Assembly: GCA_004431415.1 (NCBI GenBank)
Contig: QPMI01000032.1
Coordinates: 62,001-126,000 of the forward strand
Direction of reading: 5' to 3'
From: Cyanophora paradoxa CCMP329
Lineage: Eukaryota > Plantae > Glaucophyta
Length of the DNA stretch: 64,000 nt
Positions 26,554-37,194 of the stretch are shown here, piece after piece. Position numbers and translations under genes: made by a program. Numbering within the stretch: position 1 is the stretch's first letter; each line of letters starts with the position of its first letter. Under the pieces are notes generated by a model. The model was not told where the DNA came from. It saw only the letters and a list, made by a program, of their open reading frames with translations, and searched no databases.

Positions 26554-27931
26554 CACAGCACGCCGGTCCCACAGGGGCCGCGCCGGCGGCTGCATATTAT
26601 ACAGCAAATATATGCAATTAACCGTATATTACCAAATATATAATTCTTTTAAACAAGACTTGCGTGACCTCACGCTCTTCGTGATTGGCCGGACGCACGT
26701 GTGCATCACGTGTGGCCGCCATCAGCACTACCCCCCGCCTTCGTGCGCCCAAACTTTCCGCCCAGCTAGCTCGCTCCGCTCGCTCCAGCGCTCGGCCTCC
26801 GCGCACTCCGCGTGCTCGGGAGGCATGTGTGACGCTCTCGCTCGCTTGCCGCCGCCCGCCGCAGACAAATGCTCCTCGAAGGTGATCCTGCGGCGCGCGT
26901 CTTCCGTCAACGCTCTCCCCGTGCTTTAGATGCATGCACCAAGCTCTAGACGGGCCGGTGCGCCAGGCCTGCCGCTGGATCGGTCCCGGTTGTTCGAATC
27001 GCGGTTTCCGCCCATCCGGCGCGGTTTCGCCGCCCCGGTGCACGTGCCGCTCGTCTTGTTGTGTGTGTTTTCCCATCAGGCGGCGGCGAAATGGTCGCAG
27101 AAGAGAACGGAAAGGAAGTATAACACCTGTACATCATGAAACGACGATGCGCAGCCGGCGGGCAGGCCCCCCGTCGTCAGGCGGCCGAGGAGCAGGAAGT
27201 ACTGCAGGCGCGGTTAGCAACAGCATCCTGGCAAAATGAACGGGCCGCCTGCGCACTCACCAGGAGTGAGGAAACATCCGTGCGCGTGTGTTGTATGCGC
27301 CTGGGTTGGGGTGAATGGGCGGATAGGGAGCTCTGCGGTTCAAAAGCGGGTGGTGTGAGCATCCTGGCGGAACGGGGCTGGCCGTCCGGACGCACGCTTA
27401 TACGATCAACAACATCGCTGAAAGTCTTCCGCGTGCACCCAAAGCGCACCGCGAAGCGCGACGGACATGCTGCGGTCCCGGAAGTCAGCATCACTTTCAG
27501 CCAGCCCATTGACCTCGGGGCTTGTCTATGAACAAAACATGCGCAAGCGTACTACGAAACGATACGAACCTGCTCAGCGAAGCTGATTCATTTCTGGACG
27601 GCACCCAGTTGGGTCTCGGAAGCAGCCTCGGTCTCGGGGACACTCGGTCCTCCAAGACATCCTTCTGGATGCGCTAAGAACTTTGCCTGTGCGCTTCGCT
27701 GCTCAGGCTGCTCAGGCTGCTCGCTGCCACGCACGACGGCACGGGTACGGCTCAGTTTCTAGCGCGAACGAAGGCTCGCCGTACCCACAAAGTTGAGTTG
27801 GAATTTTCGTACTACGGCGAGTTGAGTCAAAAAGTCCGAGTCAAAAACTCGAGCGATTTGCCTGATTGGTCAAAAAGGACTCGGAATTACTCAATCCACC
27901 GGCGCAGGTCCTGTTGGACCGGCGTGCTGTG
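26554..27931. mobile_element. Non-autonomous TIR DNA transposon with 3-bp TSD (superfamily uncertain: CMC or PIF/Harbinger-like)
   Basis: ~36-bp imperfect TIRs starting CACAGCACGCCGGTCC and ending GGACCGGCGTGCTGTG, with GCG on both flanks. Minus-strand coding remnants such as RFGCTRKTFSDVVDRI and YFLLLGRLTTG. Confidence 0.7.
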
Positions 27932-28435
27932 GCGGAAGTTATAAATCACGTACATATACTGCGAGTCTGCGGCATTACCGTATACGTAGTACTTAGTAGC
28001 CTAGTAGTAAATTAACGCAGTGTCAAAGTTCGCCCTCCTTTGAGCGAAATACCGCGGTACCAAATCAATTATATAACGCGGTGTAACATTTTAAAGCTTG
28101 TATGGGTCGGTGATTTTGGGGGGTAATGTATATGGGGCGACTTCGCAGCAGAGAATTAACGCGGCACCAAATTGACGCGTTAAGACCGCGGATCTCGGCG
28201 CGTTAATTTGGTACCGAGTTAATTAAGTGACCGCGGTGTTTGCCATGCGCTACTATACGGTCACCGGCCCCCCGGGTAAGTTGAAGGGATTGCCGGCGCA
28301 TCATGGCATTTTGCCGCATGCGCAGTGCAAGTTTTTGCAATTAACGTACTACGGTACGCGTCTAACGTTTCCAGGCAAAGGCTTTCGTTTCCGTATACGT
28401 ATACGTAGCTGTTGAGGAGCACGCCGTGACGAGCG

Positions 28436-30019
28436 ATGGGTGTCGGCACGCACACGTACAGCAGCCGCCGCTCGGCTGTTGACGCCCGTTGGCCTGCTCG
28501 GCCGCGGCTCTCGCCCCTCTTCGCCGTCGTCGTCCTGGCGGCCGTCCTTCTTCGAGAGCCCGCCTCCGCCGTTTGCAGCAGCAATGCTGACTGCACGCCG
28601 TTAAACGCCGGCGCTGCTTGCGAGGGCGGCGCCTGCGTGCTTGATACCGCGTGTTCAAGCGACTCGGCCTGCGACACCCTGCTCGGGCTCAAAGCAGGCT
28701 CGAGCGTATGCGGCGGACGTCCTTACTGTGCTTGGGATTTCCCGTACGAGCTTGCCCCGACCCCGTCGCCCAGCCCGAGCCCGTCGCCCAGCCCGAGCCC
28801 GTCGCCCAGCCCGAGCCCGTCGCCAAGCCCGAGCCCGTCGCCAAGCCCCAGCGCTAGCCCCTCTCCGTCTCCGTCGCCGTCCCCGTCCCCGTCGCCATCT
28901 CCGTCGCCGTCTCCGAGTCCGTCCCCGTCGCCGTCGCCGTCGTCGAGCCCCAGCAGCGCCCCGCCCATGGCCACGCCGACCCCGACGCCAGTCCCCGCCA
29001 TCCACAAGGTCTGCAATCTTTCAGAAAGCAGCGCATATGCATCATTGCTCTCGGTTCTGATAGAAGGGTCGTCAGACAATCAACATCACGCGTATCACAA
29101 TCCAGGGCATCAGTGCTGGCACGCCAGGGACCGCTCTTCAGTTCGATCAAACCAACACCGCGAGGCTTGATCGGCCTGTCATTCAAACGCCTTCGGTGCG
29201 CCATGCGAATTCACGATCTAGATCTAGAATATCTTAAATGCACGAGTTCATGAATGGACTGCAGACGGGTGGGGATGTCTCGCTGTTCGGCGAAGGCTTC
29301 CCTGTCGGCCAGCCCATCACGATTCTGATCGTCTCGTCGACCGGCGCGACCTGCCCCGCCCTGAACCCGCGTATCGTTTCCACAACTGAGATCGCCTTCC
29401 GTGCGATTTTTATGAATTCGCGAATCTTTTTCGAATATGGGCGCGAGGTGTTTGACTTTCGGCGCCGGCGCAGGCGTTCCTCCCTTCTCTGCGAACTGCA
29501 ACCGCCCGACGACGCGAGGCCTCCTGCAGTTCAACCAGGGTACAGGGTACAGCCTCCAGATCGCTAGCGTCAACAACGCTTTCCAGGTATGCGACTGAGC
29601 GAGCTCTTGCAATCGTTTTCTGATGCGTGCCCTCGTTCTCATCATGGACAGGCTTTCACCCTTGCGAACGTGCGCGAGAAAATCGCGTTCCTTTTCACCC
29701 TAATGATCATCCTTTCTTTCTTTCTTTCTTTATCTTCCCTTTCCTTTCTTTATCCTCATGATCAAGTGTTGTTCGCAGGCATTCCAGTGGGCTCCTCCGG
29801 GTGTTGCGTCAGTGTGCGTTCTCTTCTAGATCTAGATGTGCTTCGAAATTGATCGGGAGGGTTTACGTACGTATACCTGGTCTGACCTCGAATCCACATT
29901 TTCGCAGCCCGTTCATCTCCGCAAGCACTCGCACGTCCTCGCCCTTCACTGCCATCTGGGGGGCCTTCGCCGCACTGGCGTGCGCCGTGGCTGCTGCAGC
30001 ATTCGCCGGCCATCATTGA
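28436..30019 (+). CDS. Surface glycoprotein: hydrophobic leader, Cys-rich module, (Ser-Pro)n stalk, IPT/TIG-like domain, hydrophobic C-terminus (possible GPI signal)
   Basis: [12 protein letters not shown] leader, CSSNADC...CSSDSAC, ~30 SP dipeptides, [11 protein letters not shown]...IVSTTEIAF, and terminal [26 protein letters not shown] introns. Confidence 0.7.
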
Positions 30020-30702
30020 AGATGGATAAAGCGCTAGCTAGCACCATCATTAAATGTATAAAGATCTGCGCAGCGCGCGATCAAAGATTAGACTAGCTAA
30101 TATAGTTTAGCACGTGATATTGTGTGCACGTGATAGCTTTAGGGACGTACCTTTCGCATCTTTCGCCTTTCGTTTCCTATTACATCGATGAATAAATTGC
30201 AAATGATCCTGAGCGCGATGCAAGGTCCCCGGCCCGACGAACAGTGGCGGACAATTAAGCGCAATGCCGCGATACAGCTCTAGACCTGCGCATGCCACAC
30301 ATATTCACACTATATAGCTAGTACTGAGTCAGCAGCTGCATTGCGTCGATTGCATACCGCAGCCTGTCACTGCAGCTGGCAGCCCCGCATTTTACTATGT
30401 GTCCCACTGCCGCTCGCCGTTCCAAGGTTGCGAGTCCCTATTAACGTTCAGAGATTGGGCCCCAGGACAGAAGCCATGCGCTAAAGAGGCTAGACTCTGA
30501 GAGGCGGCTAAAGAGGCCCTAGCTCCGAGGACTACTTATATCTATACTGCCCCCGCCGCGCGGCGCACAAAGGCACGTACGCGTGGAGCGCAGCTCGATC
30601 AAATCTTCTTCGGGAGGGACTGGATTCCCGAGGTCCGGCGCGCGCGCGAAGCGTACCGAATGCTATTAATCTTTGCCAAGTTGAGCATTAGCCCTGCCAA
30701 TT

Positions 30703-33700
30703 TCGGGCGAAGCCTCTTCGGGCGAAGCCTCTTCGGGCGAAGCCTCTTCGGGCGAAGCCTCTTCCGTTGATCGATGGTGAACGTGCCCATTTATTTTTTT
30801 TCCTCTCGAGTCCGATTGGTCCGAGCGTCCAGATTCGCAACCTCCGCAATGAAGGCGACCGGTCTCCGACGTGACACAGAGTTACACGGCTCCACGGATT
30901 TATTTTCAGACTCATAGCTCCCCTAAAATTTGCCCAAGACGATCGCTCTCCCGTGGGCGTCGGGCGAAAAGAATTTCCCTCCAGGATCAATTCCGGTACT
31001 TATACCCCGGGGTTCGATCGCGAAACTCCAAAAAGTGGGACCCGGTCCCGCGCGGTCCCCCGACGAAAGCGCGCCAGGGACGCCCCAGAGCAATCACAAT
31101 GACAGCCGAGAGCGCGCGCATCGCGGCAAGCTCGATCTCGGCCGCCGCCGACACTCCAGTCCGAAGAGTCGGCCGAAATTTTGATCCTGCCCGTTCCAGC
31201 CGGTCCCCCGACGCACGCATTCGACGCGTACTGGCGCGCACAGACATAGCAAGGCCTGCGCACTCCAGATATCCGCTTTTCGGAGCCGGAACAGCGCAGA
31301 AAGGTACCCGACAGCAGAAATTCGATCCTCCACAGCCCCGGGCAACTTTCCGCGCGCCCACGCCGCGGCGCATGCGCGGATCAATAGCATAAGCATTTGA
31401 GATGTAGAAGAAGCCTTTCGCACGGTCTCTAATTGCGCCGGGCCGCGAGGACCCAGCCGTCCCCGAAAATTCGATTCTGGACGGACCTGCACATCTTTCC
31501 GCGCGCCGTCGTGTCCCCACGCATGCCCATCGCTACAGTATTCATTTGAGATCTAAACGAAGCCTTCCGCAAGCTCTGTGGCCACGACAGAGCACGAGAA
31601 CCCAGCCGACGCCAAATTTTCGATCCTGGACAGGCCTGCACATATTTCCGCGCGCGCTCGCCTCCACAGCCCTGGACATCGATCCTGTACGCATCCGAGA
31701 TTCTGTTTAAGCGATTGATAAGCTCTGCACATGCGCCTGGCCGCGAGAACCTCGCCTCTCCCCTCAACACTCTCCTCTCAATATCCTCAGGGCCTCGAGC
31801 TCAACTACAGCTAGCTGATTGGCAGCACCACTCCTCCCCTCATTATATTCTCTCTCAGCTGCAGCAATTCCCCTTATCACATAATAATATTCTCTCGGCA
31901 CAACTCCTCTCAAGACAACTCCTTCCATAATTATATTCCCTCTCAGCAGCCCTCCCCGCCTCTCTCCCTGCCCCACCGACCCAGCGCCTCCTCGAGCTCC
32001 TCTTAATTCTCCTCTTATTAATTATGTACCAAACCTCCCCTCCCCTCTCCCTGCCCCACCGACCCAAAGACAGCCACGACGGGCCGCGATGATTAAGGGG
32101 GGCGCGAGGTGGGCGGCAGAGGCTTCGCCCGATGTTTGGGACCCGCAGGGGCCCAGGGCTTGTCCGTTGGTCGATGGTGAACGGGCGGAATTATTTTTTT
32201 TCCACTCGAGTCCGATTGGTCCGAGCGTCGAAGTTGACAACCTCCGCAATGAAGGCGAACGGTCTCCGACGTTACATAGCTGAACACGGACATTACACTT
32301 ATTTTTGGAGTCGTGGCTCCCCTCAAATTCCGTCCGCACTCCTGGGTCCCCGCCCGAAAATCGAATTTCCCTCCAGGATCAATTCCGGTATTTATACCCC
32401 GGGGCTCGATCGCGAAACCCCAAAAAGTGGGACCCGGTCCCGCGACGAAAGCGCGCCAGAGACGCCCCAGAGCGGTCACAATCACACCCAAGAGCGCGTG
32501 CATCGCGGCGAGCTCGATTTCAGCCGCCCTTGACGGTCCAGTCCAGAGAGTCGGCCGAAATTTTGATCCACCCGGTTCCGGCCGGTCCCGCGACGCGCGC
32601 AATCGATGCGTCTCGCGCGCATAGACATAGCAAGGCCTGCGCACTCCAGAAATCCGCTTTTCGGATCCAGGACAGCGCAGGAAGGTGCCCGATGGCAAAC
32701 AATCGATCCGCCCCGGGCAACTTTCCGCGCGCCCACGCCGCGGCGCATGCGCGGAGCAATAGTATAAGCATTTGAGATGTAGAAGAAGCCTTTCGCACGG
32801 TCTCTAATTGCGCCGGGCCGCGAGGACCCAGCCGTCCCCGAAAATTCGATTCTGGACGGACCTGCACATCTTTCCGCGCGCCGTCGTGTCCCCACGCATG
32901 CCCATCGCTACAGTATTCATTTGAGATCTAAACGAAGCCTTTCGCAAGCTCTGTGGCCGCGAAAGAGCACGAGAACCCAGCCGACGCCAAATATTCGATC
33001 CTGGACAGGCCTGCACATATTTCCGCGCGCCCTCGCCTCCGCAGCTCTGGGCATCGATCCTGTATGCATCCGAGATTCTGTTCACGTGATTCATAAGCTC
33101 TACGCATGCGCCTGCCCGCCGGAACCTCGCCCGTCCCCTCAACACTCTCCCCTTAATTTCCTCAGGGCCTCGAGCTCAACTACAGCTAGCTGATTGGCAG
33201 CACCACTCCTCCCCTCATTATATTCTCCCTCAGCTGAACCAATTCCCCTAATTACAAAATTATATTCTCTCAGGAAATCTCCTCTCATGCAGGACAACTC
33301 CTCCCATAATTATATTCCGTCGCAACAGCCCTCCCCTCCCCTCTCCCTCCCCTGCCAGGCCAGCTGATTGGCAGCACCACTCCTCCCCTCATTATATTAT
33401 TCTCAAGCCCTATAATATTCCCTCTCAGCAGCCCTCCCCGCCCCTCTCCCTGCCCCGCCGACCCAGCAACAGCCGCGACGGGCCGCGATGAACAAGGGGG
33501 GCGCGAGGAGGGCGGCAGAGGCTTCGCCCGATGTTTGGGACCCGCAGGGGCCCAGGGCTTGTCCGTTGGTCGATGGCCAACTCCCGAAATTATTGTCGGA
33601 TTTGAACCGGCGTTTTTTTCACTGAACCTCCACGAACCTCCGTGATGACGTTACATGAATGTAACGTCCGTGTTACGTTATGGTCACGAATTAGTCACGT

Positions 33701-36216
33701 CCACATCACCGATCAAATTTTTCAAATTTTCGATCGCTCTCCCCTGGGCGTCGCGCGAAAATCGAATTTCCCTCCAGGATCAATTCCGGTATTTATACCC
33801 CGGGGCTCGATCGCGAAACTCCAAAAAGTGGGACCCGGTCCCGCCCGGTCCCGCGACGAAAGCGCGCCAGGGACGCCCCAGAGCGGTCAGAATGACAACC
33901 AAGAGCGCGCGCACCGCTGCAAGCTCGATTTCGGCCGCCGCCGACGCTCCAGTCCGAAGACTCGGCCGAAATTTTGATCCTGCCGGTTCCGCCCGATCCC
34001 ACGGCGCGCGCATTCAATGCGTACTGGCGCGCATAGACATAGCAGGGCCTGCGCACTCCAGATATCCGCTTTTCGGAGCCGAAACAGTGCAGGAAGGTAC
34101 CCGACAGCAAAAATTCGATCCTCCACAGCCCCGGGCAACTTTCCGCGCGCCCACGCCGCGGCGCATGCGCGGAACGATAGTATAAGCATTTGAAATGTAG
34201 AAGATAACTTTCGCACGGTCTCTAAATGCGCCGGGCCGCGAGGGCCCAGCCGACCCCGAAAATTCGATCCTGGACGGACCTGCACATCTTTCCGCGCGCC
34301 GTCGCATCCCCACGCATGCCCATCGCTACAGTTGTCATTTGAGATCTAAACGAAGCCTTCCGCAACCTCTGTGGCCGCGACAGAGCACGTGAACCCAGCC
34401 GACGCCAAATTTTCGATCCTGGACAGGCCTGCACATATTTCCGCGCGCCCTCGCCTCCGCAGCCCTGGACATCGCTCCTGTATGCATCCTAGATTCTGTT
34501 TAAGCGATTGATAAGCTCTGCGCATGCGCCTCGCCGCGAGAACCTCGCCACTCCCTTCAACAATCTCCTCTCAATTTCGTCAGGCCCTCGAGCTCAACTA
34601 CACTGACAGCCAGCTGATTAGCAGCACCACTCCTCCCCTCATTTTATTCTCTCTCATGCAGCTGCAGCAATTCCCCTCATTACATAATTATATTCTCTCA
34701 GGACAGCTCCTCTAGATCTCAGGACAGCTACTCCCATAATTATATTCCCTCTCACCAGCCCTCCCCTCCCCTCTCCCTGCCCCGCCGACCCAGAGACAGC
34801 CGCGACGGGCCGCGATGAACAAGGGGGGGGGGAAGGGGGCAGCAGAGGCTTCGCCCGATGTTTGGGACCCGCAGGGGCCCAGGGCTTGTCGGAAATCCGG
34901 ATCGGCGAACGAAATTCCTGTTCTCTCTCTGTAATGTCCGTACCCCGTGTTCATCGTGGATCAATTCACGCACACACCTCGACAGTGACGTCACGCAATT
35001 TTCCATCGAGTTCTCTCATGGATCAAATCTCAGACTTGTACGCCGACATGTCCGGACGTCTCGAGGAATTCCGATCGTGGCTTCTCGAGGGAGACCGCTC
35101 TCCCATGGCCGTCGCGCGAATATCGAATTTCGGCTCTCCCGTGGGCGTCACGCGAAAATCGAATTTCTCTCGCGAACTAATCCCGGTATTTATACCCCGG
35201 TTCGATCGCGAAACTCCAAAAAGTGGGACCCGGTCCCGCCCGGTCCCGCGACGAAAGCGCGCCAGGAACGCCCCAGAGCGGTACAAAATGAGAGCCGACG
35301 GCGCGCGCACCGCTGCAAGCTCGATTTCGGGCGCCGCCGACACTGCAGTGCGAAGAGTCGGCGGAAACTTTGACCCAGCCGGTCCCGCCCGGTCCCGCGA
35401 CGCGCGCAATCGATGCATACTCACGCGCATAGACATAGCACGGCCTGCGCACTCCAGCGATCCGCTTTTCGGAGCCAGAACAGTGCAGGAAGGCACCCGG
35501 CGGCGAAAATTCGATCCTGCACAGGCCCGGACATCTTTCCGCGCGCCCACGCCGCGGCGCATGCGCGGAACAATAGTATAAGCATTTGAGATGTAGACAA
35601 ATCCTTCCGCGCGCTTTGCAGATGCGCCGGGCCGCGAGGACCCAGCCGACCCCAAGAATTCGATCCTTGACAAACCTGCCCATCTTTCCGCGCGCCCTCG
35701 CATCCTCACGCATGCCCATCCGTACAGTATTCATTTGAGAGCTTTTCCAAGCTTTGCGCAAGCTCTCTGGGGGCGAAAGAGCACAAGAACCCAGCCGACG
35801 CCAAATTTTCGATCCTGCACAGGCCTGAACATATTTCCGTGCGCCCTCGCCTCCGCAGCCCTCCACATTGATAGTATATATATCTGCATTCTAAGAGATT
35901 CGCAAGCTCTACGCATGTGCATGCGCCTGGCCGCGGGAACCTCGCTCCTCGAGCTCCCCTTCGAATTCATGATGAGGAGCTCGAGCGCTAGCTCGAGGTG
36001 AGACCTAGGGGGGAAATATATATATATTTCCCCCCTAGATCTCACCTAGAGCTCGAGCTTCACCGACCAATATATATATTCCCCCCTAGATGTCACCTCG
36101 AGCTCGAGCTCCACCGACCAATATATGGCGGCGATGAATAAGGTGGCGGCGGGCCCGGGGGGGGCTTCGAAAAAGCCCAACCTTTCGGACACGCAAGCTT
36201 AAGGGCCCACGGCTTA
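30703..36216 (+). mobile_element. Tandem array of four ~1.4-kb non-coding units with Helentron/HINE-like ends
   Basis: Unit spacing 1392-1401 bp at internal anchors. Left end TT+(CGGGCGAAGCCTCTT)x4 is the inverse of AGAGGCTTCGCCCGA at 32118, 33517 and 34844, each followed by a hairpin and CTTGT. CT-rich tract in units 1-3; decayed fourth end at ~36130-36216. Confidence 0.55.
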
Positions 36217-36289
36217 TATATTTATTCAGTTAGGCCCGGCTCGGCGGTGTACATGTACATGTAGAGGCGCGGCGAGGGGCTGCGAGGGC

Positions 36290-36780
36290 CTGGGGCAGAA
36301 GCGCGGCGCGCAGCCGCCGGCCGCCCTGGCTGCCGGGCTCACCGGGCGGAGCGCAGCCTCGGAGCACGGCGGCCTGGCAGCATGACTTGGTGGACGGGGC
36401 GGGGGCTTGCGCAATTGCCGGGCGGAGCGGAGGCGCGCGGGGCAGCCGCCGGGCGCCGTGACTCGCCGGGTGGGGCGCAGCCTCGGAACACGGCGGCCTG
36501 GCGGCGTGGCTCAGCGGCTTGGTGGACGGAGCCGAGGCGGAGCGGAAACGCGCGGGGCAGCCGCCGGGCGCCGTGGCTCGCCGGGTGGGGCGCAGCCTCA
36601 GGGGCGGCGGCACGGCTCGCCGGGCGGAGCGGAGGCGCGCGGGGCCCGGGGCAGCCGCCGGGCGCCGTGGCTCGCCGAGTGGCCATGGGGCGCAGCCTCG
36701 GAGCGCGGTGCCGGCGGCCTGGCGGCGTGCCACGGTGGCTCAGGCCGCTCAGCGGCTTGGTGGACGGAGCCGAGGCCCCA
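36290..36780. repeat. GC-rich imperfect minisatellite
   Basis: Recurrent GCAGCCGCCGGGCGCCGTG.CTCGCCG and GGGGCGCAGCCTC blocks (3-4 copies). Confidence 0.65.
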
Positions 36781-37194
36781 CGGGCGGCGGCGAGGCTCTC
36801 ACTGAGTCAGGGCGGGGCAGAGGCATGCAGGGTGGCGCCGGCAGCTCGCGGGGGGGCTCAGCCATGGCAGAGCAGAGGAGGCCCGGCACGGATCCGGAGG
36901 CGGCGGATCCGGAGCAGCGTGCAGCCTACGGTGCAGGGCCAGGCCTAGGTCTACGCCTACCGAGCGCTGCAGCTGCCCGCTAAGCCTCATTGACGCTAAG
37001 ACAGACAGGGAGGCTGAGGGAGCAGGCATGCATTGGCAGGGCTTACCACACGTGAGTGTGGGCTTGTTATGAGCATCTTTTCATTAAAGTAAAAGGATGG
37101 ATGACGAATGGTCTACAGCTTCTCAGTATGAAAAAGAAAAATATGTGTCCTTGAAATCTAAACTCCGATAAAATCTGAGCGCTTAGAAATTCCC

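Noticed and set aside
30703-36216. CRISPR array, or 5S/snRNA/tRNA gene array
   Set aside because: Units are ~1.4 kb, there are no cas genes, and no recognisable 5S, U1, U2, U6 or tRNA motif was found by eye. ORFs are not conserved between units.
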